A stretch of DNA of 64,000 nt from Accumulibacter sp. GTDB lineage: Bacteria > Pseudomonadota > Gammaproteobacteria > Burkholderiales > Rhodocyclaceae. Positions 1 through 9,354 of this stretch are shown here, one piece after another (position 1 is the stretch's first letter; the number at the start of each line of letters is the position of its first letter). The DNA lies in contig JAITGN010000131.1 in the NCBI GenBank assembly GCA_031280565.1, positions 7,696 to 71,695 of the forward strand, in the 5' to 3' direction. Both the position numbers and the translations under genes were made by a program. The notes under the pieces were generated by a model, which saw only the letters and a program-made list of their open reading frames with translations, searched no databases and was not told the origin of the DNA.

Positions 1-35
1 TTGAAACGCCTGTTTTTGTTTGCAAGGTATTTATC

Positions 36-647
36 ATGATGAATCTTTATTCTGGAACGACGTGTCCTTTCAGTCAGCGTTGCCGTATCGTCCTTTACGA
101 AAAAGGCATGGATTTCCAGGTGATCGACGTCGATCTTTTCGCCAGACAGGAAGATATCGCCATCATCAATCCTTATGGGCGCGTCCCGGTGCTTGTCGAA
201 CGCGATCTCATTCTGTATGAACCGAACATCATCAACGAATACATCGATGAGCGATTCCCGCATCCCCAGTTGATGCCGCCCGACCCCATCATGCGCGCCC
301 GGGCGCGGCAATTACTGATTACGATGGAACGCGAGGTTTTTTCCTACATTGATCCTCTGGAAAAGAACATGAAAACAAACCTGAAGGTGGCTGATAAAGC
401 GCGTCAGGTTGTCCGTGACCGCCTCATTGAAATGGCCCCCATTTTCATCAAGCAGAAACACATGCTGGGTGAGGAATTCTCGATGCTCGACGTAGCGATC
501 GCGCCCCTGCTCTGGCGCCTGGATTTTTACGAAATCGCTCTGCCAAGATCGGCGGCTGCCCCGCTGATGAAGTACGCTGAACGCATTTTCAGCCGTCAGG
601 GGTTCATTGAGGCGTTGACCCCTTCGGAAAAAGCCATGCGCCGGTAA
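36..647 (+). CDS. sspA: stringent starvation protein A (GST-like)
   Basis: 203-aa ORF. N-terminus LYSGTTCPFSQRCRIVLYEKG is a typical SspA thioredoxin-like GST fold. It lies directly upstream of sspB. Confidence 0.9.
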   Translation: MMNLYSGTTCPFSQRCRIVLYEKGMDFQVIDVDLFARQEDIAIINPYGRVPVLVERDLILYEPNIINEYIDERFPHPQLMPPDPIMRARARQLLITMEREVFSYIDPLEKNMKTNLKVADKARQVVRDRLIEMAPIFIKQKHMLGEEFSMLDVAIAPLLWRLDFYEIALPRSAAAPLMKYAERIFSRQGFIEALTPSEKAMRR

Positions 648-694
648 CGGCCTTATGGACGCAAGATTCCCGCCGGGCGCGAAACGCGGTCGGC

Positions 695-1090
695 ATGAGC
701 TGTAAGGAGGTTTCCGTGGATATTCCCTCGACAAAACCTTATCTGCTCCGCGCTATTCATGAATGGTGTTCCGATAATGGAATGACCCCGTATATTACTG
801 TCGCCGTCGATGCCGGCGTTCGCGTTCCGCCGGAATTTGTCCGCGACAGGCAGATTACGCTGAATATCGGTTACGACGCGACGGGTCATTTACGCATTGA
901 TAACGAGACATTATCGTTCAGCGCACGTTTTAACGGCGTCGCGCGCGAGATACTCATTCCCATCGGCAATGTCCTGGCCATTTACGCGAAAGAAAACGGA
1001 ATGGGCATGGGATTCGAGCCGGAAAAACCTCCGGCCCCTTCACCGAACGATACAGAACCTGGGCGGCCGCAGTTGCGGCGCGTCAAATGA
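695..1090 (+). CDS. sspB: ClpXP adaptor stringent starvation protein B
   Basis: 131 aa. KPYLLRAIHEWCSDNGMTPYI N-terminal domain, then a flexible Pro/Gly-rich linker and a C-terminal LRRVK ClpX-binding-type tail. Confidence 0.85.
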   Translation: MSCKEVSVDIPSTKPYLLRAIHEWCSDNGMTPYITVAVDAGVRVPPEFVRDRQITLNIGYDATGHLRIDNETLSFSARFNGVAREILIPIGNVLAIYAKENGMGMGFEPEKPPAPSPNDTEPGRPQLRRVK

Positions 1091-1345
1091 CGCGATTCTG
1101 AAAACGCACTTCTTTTTTTGGGGGAAAGAAAATAGCCCCACGCATCCCGTGCTTCCATTCGCAGGCGGAATGCGCGGGGTCTGGCCGATCTTCCCTGTTC
1201 GCGGGAAGCGCCCCTGGAACACGCTCTCCGCCCCGAATGTGTTAGTATCATCCCTCCAATCTATTACCTAACCCGTTGAACGGATGAAAACGCGCCCGGA
1301 CGTAAAGCGCCGGGAATACCGGAAATACGGCCCCGTCGCCGGCAA

Positions 1346-2671
1346 ATGATGGACCTGTTTTTTCTCGCTTTGCTTGTTCTTCTGAACGGTTTCCTCGCCA
1401 TGTCGGAAATAGCCGTGGTTTCCTCGCGGAAGTCGCGTCTGCAAAAGCTCTCCGACGACGGAAACCTGGGGGCGGAAATGGCGCTCGGCCTGAGTGGCGA
1501 GCCTTCGGGATTTCTCTCGACCATCCAGGTCGGAATCACAACCATAGGGATTTTGAGCGGCGCAATCGGCGAAGACATGTTGATCAAACCGTTAACCCTG
1601 AAAATGGCGGAGATTCCGCTTGCCGCCCCCTATGCGAAAGGTATTTCGATGACGCTTGTCGTCGTTGGATTGACCTATTTTTCGGTTGTCGTCGGCGAGC
1701 TGGTGCCCAAAAGCCTGGGCCTTCTGGCCCCGGAAAGCATTGCTTCGCGGGTCGCGGGGCCAATGGCTTTCCTGTCGAAACTGGCCTCTCCTCTCGTCTG
1801 GCTGCTTTCATCGTCGTCGAAACTGATTTTGCGCGCGATAGGGGCAAAACCTCCCGCCGAGCCGTCATTGACAGACGATGAAATCAATGTGCTGATGGAA
1901 CAGGGAGCCGAAGAGGGCGTATTTCACGAAAGCGAACAGGCCATCGTTTCCAACGTTCTCCGTCTCGACGAACAGCGCATCGTCGCGATCATGACGCATC
2001 GCAATGATATCTACACGATCGATCTCGAAGAAGCGGAAAGTGAAAAGCGGCGCTGTCTTGTCGAAGCGCCGTTTACGCGGATCGTCGTTTGCCGCGACGG
2101 GCTGGATCATGTTGTTGGCATCCTCCGGACGCCGGATATGCTCAAATGTCTGGAAGCGGGCGAAAAACTCGACATTGAGCGTTTTGTCCGCCCTCCTCTG
2201 TACATTCCTGAAGGCGTGACAACAACCCATTTACTGGAAAACTTCCGGCGAACGCGTCAACAGTGCGCGCTGGTTGTAGACGAATACGGGGAATTGCAAG
2301 GACTCGTCACGCTGACCGACGTACTGATTTCGATCGTCGGTGAACTGCCCTCTTCCGAAATGACAGACCGGCCCGAAATCCTCAAGCGCCCCGATGGTTC
2401 CTGGCTGGTCGATGGCGGCGTTTCGATTGAGCGCTTGAAGTCGATGCTGAAAATCGAAGACGATTTTCCGGGAGAAGAAGAAAACGCCTTCAACACCCTT
2501 GGCGGTCTGATTATGTTCGTCCTTGGCCGTATCCCGGTCGAAATGGATCGTGTGGAAATTCTGGGATGGGCCATCGAAGTGCTCGATATGGACAGAAACC
2601 GTGTCGATAAAGTGCTATTGACTCATATGGCGACGGAATCCGGAACGGCCCGGGGCGAAGGATTCGAATAG
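1346..2671 (+). CDS. HlyC/CorC family transporter (DUF21-CBS-CorC_HlyC architecture)
   Basis: 441 aa. Hydrophobic N-terminal DUF21-like region, a central CBS-pair-like region, and a C-terminal transporter-associated domain (EVLDMDRNRVDKV). Confidence 0.8.
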   Translation: MMDLFFLALLVLLNGFLAMSEIAVVSSRKSRLQKLSDDGNLGAEMALGLSGEPSGFLSTIQVGITTIGILSGAIGEDMLIKPLTLKMAEIPLAAPYAKGISMTLVVVGLTYFSVVVGELVPKSLGLLAPESIASRVAGPMAFLSKLASPLVWLLSSSSKLILRAIGAKPPAEPSLTDDEINVLMEQGAEEGVFHESEQAIVSNVLRLDEQRIVAIMTHRNDIYTIDLEEAESEKRRCLVEAPFTRIVVCRDGLDHVVGILRTPDMLKCLEAGEKLDIERFVRPPLYIPEGVTTTHLLENFRRTRQQCALVVDEYGELQGLVTLTDVLISIVGELPSSEMTDRPEILKRPDGSWLVDGGVSIERLKSMLKIEDDFPGEEENAFNTLGGLIMFVLGRIPVEMDRVEILGWAIEVLDMDRNRVDKVLLTHMATESGTARGEGFE

Positions 2672-2679
2672 GCGGTTTT

Positions 2680-3114
2680 ATGGAAACGAACAACATTCAG
2701 AGTATTTCGCATGTCATCCAGCTCTCTGTCGCGCCCGTTTTTCTGCTGACAGCGGTCGCGACAATGATCAACGCGATGAATACCCGCCTCGGGCGGATCG
2801 TCGACAGACTGCGTTATCTGAAAAGCTTGCCAAATCTGGACATGCCTTTGCACGATGTGGAAAAGGAACTCTTCCTGCTGGCGCGCCGGATTCGCATAAC
2901 GTATTTCGGAATGCTTTTTTCCGTGCTGTCGGGTTTGTTTGTATGCCTGGATATTGCGACAGCCTTTGTGGGCGCGTTGCTCGTGGTCGATTTTACAAAG
3001 TCGGTTGCTGTCGTTTTCATTTTCGCGATTATTTCGATGATTGTCGCGCTTGGGATGTTCCTGCGTGAAATTTCCATCGCCGTTGTCGAATCCGAGAGCG
3101 ATATCGGCCCTTAG
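2680..3114 (+). CDS. DUF2721 family membrane protein
   Basis: 144 aa. IQLSVAPVFLLTAVATMINAMNTRLGRIVDR is the characteristic DUF2721 N-terminus, and there are 3 predicted TM segments. Confidence 0.6.
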   Translation: METNNIQSISHVIQLSVAPVFLLTAVATMINAMNTRLGRIVDRLRYLKSLPNLDMPLHDVEKELFLLARRIRITYFGMLFSVLSGLFVCLDIATAFVGALLVVDFTKSVAVVFIFAIISMIVALGMFLREISIAVVESESDIGP

Positions 3115-3245
3115 CCGCCGCATCCGGCTGTTCTTATCTTGAGGTATTGAAAAACACTCGCGAAAATGCCTGGCTCGTCCCTTTGACTCATCCTGTGAAA
3201 GCAGATGCAAGTCGTTGGTTCCAGTGTGAGAAGCCGGCTTCCGTC

Positions 3246-4080
3246 TTTCCAATCCGTTCGCCCTGCTCCGTCCTGAGCTTGACGAAAGATGCGTGTCGAA
3301 GGGTAAGGACTGGAAAGGCGGAGCGTCCGTTCATACTTCGACAAGCTCAGCACGAACGGAAACAGGCGTTGTCGATGCTTCGACAGACTCAACGCAGGCG
3401 AGTTTTTAACACGCTCACCACGGATGCAAAAAAAGAATAGAGGATAAAAATAACGTTCTTAAGCCATCTTTAACCTCTTTGGGTTTTCGCAGGCATCCTT
3501 TCCAATCCCTTTGCCCTGCTCCGTCCTGAGCCTTGTCAGAGGCTCATTTTTCAATCCGTTTGCCCTGACTGTCCTGAGCTTGATGAAGGAAGCTTGTCGA
3601 AGGGTAAGGACTGGAAAGGCGGAGCGTCCGTTCATACTTCGACAGGCTCAGCACGAACGGAAACAGGTGTTGTCGGAGAATAAGGTCATTTACGGCCCGG
3701 AGCGTCTGTTCCTACTTCGACAAGTTCAGTACGAACGGAAACAGGCGTTGTCGATGCTTCGACAGACTCAATGCAGGCGAGTTTTTAACACGCTCACCAC
3801 GGATGCAAAAAACAGAATAGAGGATAAAAATAACACTCTTAAGCTATCTTTAACCTCTTTGGGTTTTCGCAAACCTCCTTCCCAATCCCTTTGCCCCTCT
3901 CCGTCCTGAGCTTGACGAAGGATGCGTATCGGAAAGCACCTTTCCAGTCCGTTCGCCCTGAGCTTGTCGAAGGGTAAGGACTGGAAAGGCGGAGCGTCTG
4001 TTCCTGCTTCGACAAGCTCAGCACGAACGGAAACAGGCGTTGTTGATGGTTCGGCAAGTCCGGTATGAACGGCGTTTTCC
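3246..4080 (+). repeat. tandem array of GC-rich hairpin repeats (about 252, 380 and 200 bp units), each unit with an AT-rich core box
   Basis: Units restart at TTTCCAATCC near 3246, 3498 and 3878. Recurring blocks include TCCGTTCATACTTCGACAAGCTCAGCACGAACGGA and ATAAAAATAACGTTCTTAAGCCATCTTTAACCTC. ORFs across the array translate to LRQAQHERK/LSLSK-type repeat peptides. Confidence 0.85.
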
Positions 4081-4124
4081 AAAGCGCGCCTATTTGCCCA
4101 CTCGTATTGTCCGATACGCTTTCA

Positions 4125-4395
4125 TCAGAACGGGGATCCGGATAACAAAAAATAAATTACGTTTTCAAGCGATTTTTACATGAATTCAAGCCTAAAATGC
4201 CTTAAAAACGTTATATGAGTTTTAAAACTCTTGTTATTCCACCACTTTTCATCTGTAAAATGCTTTGAGAACGTAGTCCCTGTTTATGAATTAATCATTT
4301 CAAGCAAATTTTTCCTGCAAGAATCACCTGATGAAGATATTTTCCTCTTGATAATTCTGGAATAATTTCAAGGAATACGTTTTTTCTCACTTTCC
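4125..4395 (+). repeat. AT-rich element copy A (boxes GCYTTRAGAACGT and TCTGGAATAATTT)
   Basis: Visibly AT-rich island upstream of acnB. Box X copies start at 4159 (reverse), 4199 and 4262; box Y is at 4354-4368. Confidence 0.6.
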
Positions 4396-4674
4396 TTGAT
4401 TCGGTTGTCAGGGGCCGTGACTGTAAAGCTGGCGCTTTTTCTGGAAGAAATGCGCCTCCCCCATATGCTTCATATCGAAACCCACGGCGCGGCGCTCCTG
4501 GCCATAACCCGCCCGAATACGAGCCTTCTTTGCGCCCGCGCGAGCATCGTGTTGCTTGTCGAGGATGGATTTCAGCGAAAATTTCGTACTATCCTTACAA
4601 TTCATGTTTTGGATTTCCAGACCCGGGAACCGGATACAACGGATACAAAAAATTCTTTCGAAAAGGAACGTTTC

Positions 4675-7215
4675 ATGCTGGAAAACTATCGCGCGCGCGC
4701 GGCCGAACGCGCCATGCTCGGCATCCCTCCGCTTCCGTTGTCGGAAGCGCAAACGATCGAAGTCGTCGAGCTTCTGAAAAGACCGCCGGAAGGCGAGGAA
4801 CAAACGCTTGTCGATCTTTTGACTTTCCGGGTGCCGGCAGGTGTCGATAGCGCCGCAAGAATCAAGGCGGAATTTCTGGCGCGCCTTTTGAAAGGCGAAG
4901 AGCGCTGTGCGCTGATTCCCCGTGTCCGGGCTGCGGAACTCCTGGGAACCATGCTGGGCGGCTATAACGTCAAGCCACTGCTTGAAGCGCTCGCTGACGA
5001 CGAAGTGGGACATGCCGCAGCGAATGCCTTAAAACAGATATTGCTTGTTTTCGACTCCTTCCATGATCTGAAATCCATGGCAGACCAGGGCAACGTCAAC
5101 GCGCTGTCCGTCCTGCGCTCGTGGGCCGACGGCGAATGGTTTACCTCGCGTCCGGAAGTTCCGGCGGTCTGGAAACTGACCGTTTTCAAAGTTTCGGGAG
5201 AAACGAATACCGATGATCTTTCTCCGGCGCCGGACGCTTCGACCCGGCCGGACATTCCGCTTCATGCGCTTGCCATGCTGAAGAACCCCCGTCCGGGAAT
5301 CGAAGCGGACGAGCCAGGACAACGCGGACCCATCCGGCAAATCCGGTCGCTGGAAAAGGAAGGACGGCGAATTGCCTATGTGGGCGATGTGGTCGGTACC
5401 GGTTCCTCGCGCAAATCGGCGGTCAATTCGGTGCTTTGGTTTGCCGGAGACGCGATTCCGTTCATTCCGAACAAACGCTTCGGCGGCATCTGTCTTGGCA
5501 CGAGAATCGCGCCCATTTTTTTCAATACGCTGGAAGACGCAGGCGCGTTACCTGTCGAAATCGACGTTTCGCGGATGAACATGGCCGATGAAATCGATTT
5601 GCATATTGACCCGCTGACTGCGGAAGTCAAGGCGCTCAGGAATGGCGAAGTCATTGCCGGGTCGCGCCTCAAAACGCCCGTGCTTCTGGATGAAGTACGG
5701 GCGGGCGGCCGCATCCCGTTGATCATAGGCCGGGGGTTAACAGCGCGCGCGCGCGAGGCGCTTGGTTTGCCTCCAGCAACGCTGTTCCGTCTGCCACACA
5801 CTCCGCCCGATACAGGGAAAGCGTATTCGCTGGCGCAAAAAATCGTCGGGCGCGCCTGCGGGCTGCCCGAAGGCAAAGGAGTCCGGCCGGGAACGTATTG
5901 TGAGCCGCGCGTAACGACCGTTGGCTCGCAGGACACGACCGGCCCAATGACGCGCGACGAATTGATGGATATCGCCTGTCTCGGCTTTTCGGCAGACCTC
6001 GTCATGCAGTCCTTCTGCCATACATGCGCCTACCCGAAGCCTGTCGATCTCAAGATGTACCGTACCCTGCCGGAATTCATGACGGCGCGCGGCGGAGTCA
6101 CGCTGCGGCCCGGCGATGGAATCATCCACTCGTGGCTCAACCGGATGCTTTTACCCGATACGCTCGGCACGGGAGGCGATTCGCATACCCGTTTTCCAAT
6201 CGGCCTTTCCTTTCCGGCGGGATCCGGGCTTGTCGCTTTCGCTGCCGCAACCGGCGCCATGCCGCTCGATATGCCGGAATCCGTATTGGTACGTTTCTCC
6301 GGAAAAATCCAGGAAGGCGTAACGCTGCGCGATCTCGTCAATGCCATTCCTTTATTCGCGATCAGACAGGGCTTGTTGACGATCGCGAAAAAAGACAAGA
6401 AGAATATTTTTTCGGGCCGCATTCTGGAAATCGAGGGATTGCCGGACTTGAAGGTGGAACAGGCTTTCGAACTGACCGACGCGTCGGCGGAGCGTTCGGC
6501 GGCCGCATGCGCCGTTCATTTGAACGAAGCACCCGTCATCGAATATCTGCGCTCGAATATCGCGCTGCTGAAATGGATGATCGCCGGGGGGTATCAGGAT
6601 GCGCGTGCGTTGGAACGCCGGATTGACGCCATGGAAGCGTGGATCGCCCACCCGCGGCTTCTTTCGGCCGACCCCGATGCGGAATATGCCGCGATAATCG
6701 ACATCGATCTTGCGAGCGTCCGTGAACCCATTGTCGCCTGTCCAAACGACCCGGATGATGTCAGGTTTCTGTCCGAAGTGGCGGGCGAAAAAATCGACGA
6801 AGTCTTTATCGGTTCATGTATGACGAATATCGGTCATTTTCGCGCCGCCGGAAAAATTCTCGAAAACGGGAATGATCTCCCGGCGCGGCTGTGGATCGCG
6901 CCACCGACGCGAATGGACGCCATGACGCTGCGCGAAGAGGGGTATTACGCTATATTCGGGAAGACCGGCGCGCGTCTGGAAATGCCCGGTTGTTCGCTGT
7001 GCATGGGCAACCAGGCGCAAATCCGCAAAGGCGCGGTGGCCATGTCGACGTCAACGCGGAATTTTCCCAACCGTCTCGGCATCGATACGCGCGTCTATCT
7101 CGGCTCGGCGGAGCTTGCGGCAATCTGCGCGCTCCTGGGACGAATACCGACCGTGATGGAATATCGGGAAAGGCACAAAAATGTCGCGGCCGGCGCGGAA
7201 GCGATTTATCGCTAG
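4675..7215 (+). CDS. acnB: aconitate hydratase B (bifunctional aconitase / 2-methylisocitrate dehydratase)
   Basis: [22 protein letters not shown] is a typical AcnB N-terminus, and the Fe-S ligand regions GSCMTN and CSLCMGNQA are present. The start is set at the ATG at 4675. The 93-codon extension back to 4396 runs through the AT-rich element. Confidence 0.9.
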   Translation: MLENYRARAAERAMLGIPPLPLSEAQTIEVVELLKRPPEGEEQTLVDLLTFRVPAGVDSAARIKAEFLARLLKGEERCALIPRVRAAELLGTMLGGYNVKPLLEALADDEVGHAAANALKQILLVFDSFHDLKSMADQGNVNALSVLRSWADGEWFTSRPEVPAVWKLTVFKVSGETNTDDLSPAPDASTRPDIPLHALAMLKNPRPGIEADEPGQRGPIRQIRSLEKEGRRIAYVGDVVGTGSSRKSAVNSVLWFAGDAIPFIPNKRFGGICLGTRIAPIFFNTLEDAGALPVEIDVSRMNMADEIDLHIDPLTAEVKALRNGEVIAGSRLKTPVLLDEVRAGGRIPLIIGRGLTARAREALGLPPATLFRLPHTPPDTGKAYSLAQKIVGRACGLPEGKGVRPGTYCEPRVTTVGSQDTTGPMTRDELMDIACLGFSADLVMQSFCHTCAYPKPVDLKMYRTLPEFMTARGGVTLRPGDGIIHSWLNRMLLPDTLGTGGDSHTRFPIGLSFPAGSGLVAFAAATGAMPLDMPESVLVRFSGKIQEGVTLRDLVNAIPLFAIRQGLLTIAKKDKKNIFSGRILEIEGLPDLKVEQAFELTDASAERSAAACAVHLNEAPVIEYLRSNIALLKWMIAGGYQDARALERRIDAMEAWIAHPRLLSADPDAEYAAIIDIDLASVREPIVACPNDPDDVRFLSEVAGEKIDEVFIGSCMTNIGHFRAAGKILENGNDLPARLWIAPPTRMDAMTLREEGYYAIFGKTGARLEMPGCSLCMGNQAQIRKGAVAMSTSTRNFPNRLGIDTRVYLGSAELAAICALLGRIPTVMEYRERHKNVAAGAEAIYR

Positions 7216-7342
7216 TGTTCTGTCCTAAACAAAATGCGGCATATCTCAGGAGCTTTTCCATGAAGGATTTGCCTCAGTTCCTATATTTAACGCACATCAC
7301 AAGATTTACTTCTTGTCTATATCTGTATTGGACAGAATACTA
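7213..7342. repeat. 130-bp segment bounded by 13-bp inverted repeats (TAGTGTTCTGTCC / GGACAGAATACTA)
   Basis: The left arm (7213-7225) overlaps the acnB stop codon. The right arm (7330-7342) is its reverse complement with 1 mismatch. The interior is AT-rich. Confidence 0.3.
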
Positions 7343-7381
7343 GAGCATTTTCGTTCAAATGACCGCAAAATCCCGCAGGTG

Positions 7382-7522
7382 AGCAAGAAATTAGCGACAG
7401 CCCGGAAGGCGCTGTCGCTCTAACATCATTGGCAAGGGGTTTGCATTCCCTTGCCAATGGCTACGGTCGAAACCCCGCCCTTCAGGGCGGGGTCTCAAAC
7501 CGGAGTTAGTTTTACGATGAAG
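7382..7522 (+). repeat. four-hairpin mosaic element (HME) copy 1, short variant
   Basis: Runs from AGCAAGAAATTAGCGACAG to GTTAGTTTTACGATGAAG. Hairpins include GACAGCCCGGAAGGCGCTGTC, TTGGCAAGGGG/CCCTTGCCAA and CCCCGCCCTTCAGGGCGGGG. It lacks one stem-loop relative to copy 2. Confidence 0.8.
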
Positions 7523-8245
7523 TGGCGCTGTTTCCTTTCACCGCCGTTCGTGGTGATTTTGCCGGGACACATTGACGGCATCTATTTCCGTTCGTACTGA
7601 TTTTGCCGGAACGCATTGATGGCATCTATTTCCGTTCGTGCTGAGCCTGTCGAAGCAGGAACGGACGCTCCGAGGTCTTCCCAACGCCTCTTGAATCAGG
7701 GGCGTTCAAGGTAAAGGCATTTCTGGCCTTTCCAATCCTTACCCTTCGACAAGCTCAGGACGGAGCAGGGCGAACGGATTGAAAACACGCCTCTGACAAA
7801 CTGGACGGGTGGATGGACTAGAAAGGCATTCTCCGGACAAGCATCTTTTGGATTTAAAAATAGCTTAAGAACGTTATTTTAATTAGTATCCTTCGTCAAG
7901 CTCAGGATGAACGGGAGTGGAAAAACCCGTCCGCGCTGAGTCTTCCGAACCATCGACACCCTCTATCTCCGTTCGTGCTGAGCCTGTCGAAGTATGAACG
8001 GATGCTCCGCCTTTCCAATCCTGATTCTTTCTTCGAATCGTTTTTCAATCCTTACCCTTCGATAAACTCAGGGCGAACGGATTGAAAAACACACCTCCGG
8101 CAAACTGGACGGGCGAACGGACTGGAAAGAAGGTCTCCGGAAACCCAAAGAGATTAAAAATGGCTTAAGGACGTTATTTTAATTAGCATCCTTCGACAGG
8201 CTCAGGACGGAGCAGGGTGAATAGACCGGAAAGGCGGAGGCCGTC
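7523..8245 (-). repeat. array of the same GC-rich hairpin repeats as 3246-4080, in inverted orientation
   Basis: TCCGTTCGTGCTGAGCCTGTCGAAGTATGAACGGA (about 7969-8003) is the reverse complement of the block at about 3327-3361, with 1 mismatch. AT-rich core boxes with GCTTAAGAACGTT start at 7863 and 8163. Confidence 0.85.
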
Positions 8246-8374
8246 CTCTCCCGGCCAAATGCCGTTATTTGTCGCGGCGGCAGCCAACAGCGACTGACAG
8301 ACAACCGAAAAGACCGGGTCGATTCGAAAAAAACGGAACAGGAGACTATCGAGGACGTATCGGAGACGGAATGC

Positions 8375-8451
8375 TGGTAGGCGCGATTGGACTCGAACCA
8401 ACGACCCCCACCATGTCAAGGTGATGCTCTAACCAGCTGAGCTACGCGCCT
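8375..8451 (-). tRNA. tRNA-Val (anticodon GAC)
   Basis: The reverse complement folds as a cloverleaf: acceptor AGGCGCG/CGCGCCT, anticodon loop TTGACAT, T-loop GGTTCGAGTCC, encoded CCA. Confidence 0.9.
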
Positions 8452-8658
8452 TCTGCCACGCAAACCGCCGCGATACAAAGGAGGACGAATTATACGTGTC
8501 TTCTCCGTCAAGTCAATATCCGGAATCTCTGGCTTGCGCCGCGCCGGGAATTTCCGCCAGACAATCTGCCCGCAACGTGCATCCGGAAAACTCCGGCCAA
8601 AAAATAACTTGAGATTGATACTATCCCCAGGTATAATCCGCCGCTTCAATAAAGGCGT

Positions 8659-8735
8659 GCGCCCGTAGCTCAGCTGGATAGAGTACTTGGCTACGAACCA
8701 AGGGGTCGGGCGTTCGAATCGCTCCGGGCGCGCCA
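8659..8735 (+). tRNA. tRNA-Arg (anticodon ACG)
   Basis: Acceptor GCGCCCG/CGGGCGC, anticodon stem CTTGG/CCAAG with loop CTACGAA, T-loop TTCGAAT, encoded CCA. Confidence 0.9.
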
Positions 8736-8858
8736 GTAAAATCAAAGGGTCAGGCCATGCTTGTCCCTTTTTTATTTGACAATGTGCTGGATTTTAAGTT
8801 GCGTCAGGTTGGGCCAGGTTGGGTGTGATTCGAGTCTGCCCAGATTGGGTTTTTCCTA

Positions 8859-8972
8859 AAGCGGTTTTTCAGGCGGCGGCGCGAGACAAAAATCCAGCTT
8901 CTCCGCGTAGGGCGCGAGGTGCTCCGCCGATAAGTGCGCGTAGCGCCTTGCCAAGCCTCCTCCTGATTCGGC
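8859..8972 (-). pseudogene. C-terminal remnant of a tyrosine recombinase (phage integrase family)
   Basis: The ORF 8856..9041 contains ...LARRYAHLSAEHLAPYAEKL, matching the conserved (E)RYAHL(S/A)P(E/D)HL C-terminal catalytic-Tyr box. No upstream integrase sequence remains. It lies about 125 nt from tRNA-Arg. Confidence 0.5.
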
Positions 8973-9070
8973 CAGCATAAAAATATCCAATATTCTAATA
9001 GTTAAACAGAAAAAACCCTGTTTATCGGTGCGCCTTGACATTCCGCTAAGTTTCCCTTATAAAGGCGAAG

Positions 9071-9240
9071 TTCTCAGGTGCCCCATTTGGGGAGAATAGG
9101 GAATCCCGTTGAAGTCGGGAGCGTGCCCAACGCTGTAAGTCGCTTTGGCCCGGGTAATCCGGGCATCCTGGCAACCGGACACTGTCGAAAGATGGGAAGT
9201 CTGTCAGGGTCGACAAGCCAGAAGACCTGCCTGAGGATGC
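9071..9240 (+). promoter_or_regulatory. cobalamin (B12) riboswitch aptamer
   Basis: AATAGGGAATCCCGTTGAAGTCGGGAGCGTGCCCAACGCTGTAAG core, B12-box-like GGACACTGTCGAAAGATGGGAAG, and the 3' AGCCAGAAGACCTGCC element. P1 pairs CTCAGG (9073-9078) with CCTGAG (9230-9235). It lies upstream of a TonB-dependent receptor. Confidence 0.8.
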
Positions 9241-9297
9241 AGGTTTATCTATCCGAGGTCAGGGGATTATTGGCTTCCGATGGGCGTTTGGGTAAAT

Positions 9298-9333
9298 GGG
9301 GGCCCGGAGCATTCAAATGTTCCGGGCTTTTTT
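9298..9333 (+). terminator. intrinsic terminator 1 of the riboswitch expression platform
   Basis: GCCCGGA..TCCGGGC stem followed by TTTTTT, and preceded by GTTTGGGTAAATGGG. Confidence 0.6.
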
Positions 9334-9354
9334 GTTTCAGGTTTGGGTAAATGG

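Noticed and set aside
3246-4080. Possible CRISPR array in the repetitive regions (also 7523-8245)
   Set aside because: The repeat units are 200-380 bp composite blocks, not 25-40-nt direct repeats with unique spacers of regular length. There are no cas genes in the window.
3147-4082. ORFs translating the repeats (3147..3440, 3511..3909, 3768..4082, 29984..30172, 31578..31829, 14184..14450, 14949..15218)
   Set aside because: Their peptides (LRQAQHERK, LSLSKYERTL, NSGLKPRPSGRCGGW..GKGMQTPCQ) are simply the repeat consensus read in frame. The same DNA occurs in both orientations and in non-coding contexts.
4354-4368. Box Y (CTGGAATAATTTC..) as a sigma-54 promoter
   Set aside because: A GG..GC pair is present only in copy E, and its spacing there is one nt off the -24/-12 rule. 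The other copies lack the GC element, and element orientation is not consistently toward downstream genes.
4396-4674. 93-codon N-terminal extension of the acnB ORF
   Set aside because: It runs through the AT-rich element and has no AcnB-like sequence. The canonical AcnB N-terminus begins at the ATG at 4675.
8183-8745. ORFs 8183..8419 and 8416..8745 (and 42329..42922) overlapping tRNA genes
   Set aside because: They read across tRNA genes and repeats. No coding signal.
8815-8850. tRNA T-arm-like fragment (GGGTGTGATTCGAGTCTGCCC) as an att remnant
   Set aside because: The similarity to GGTTCGAGTCC is too short and imperfect, and it does not match the 3' end of the adjacent tRNA-Arg.
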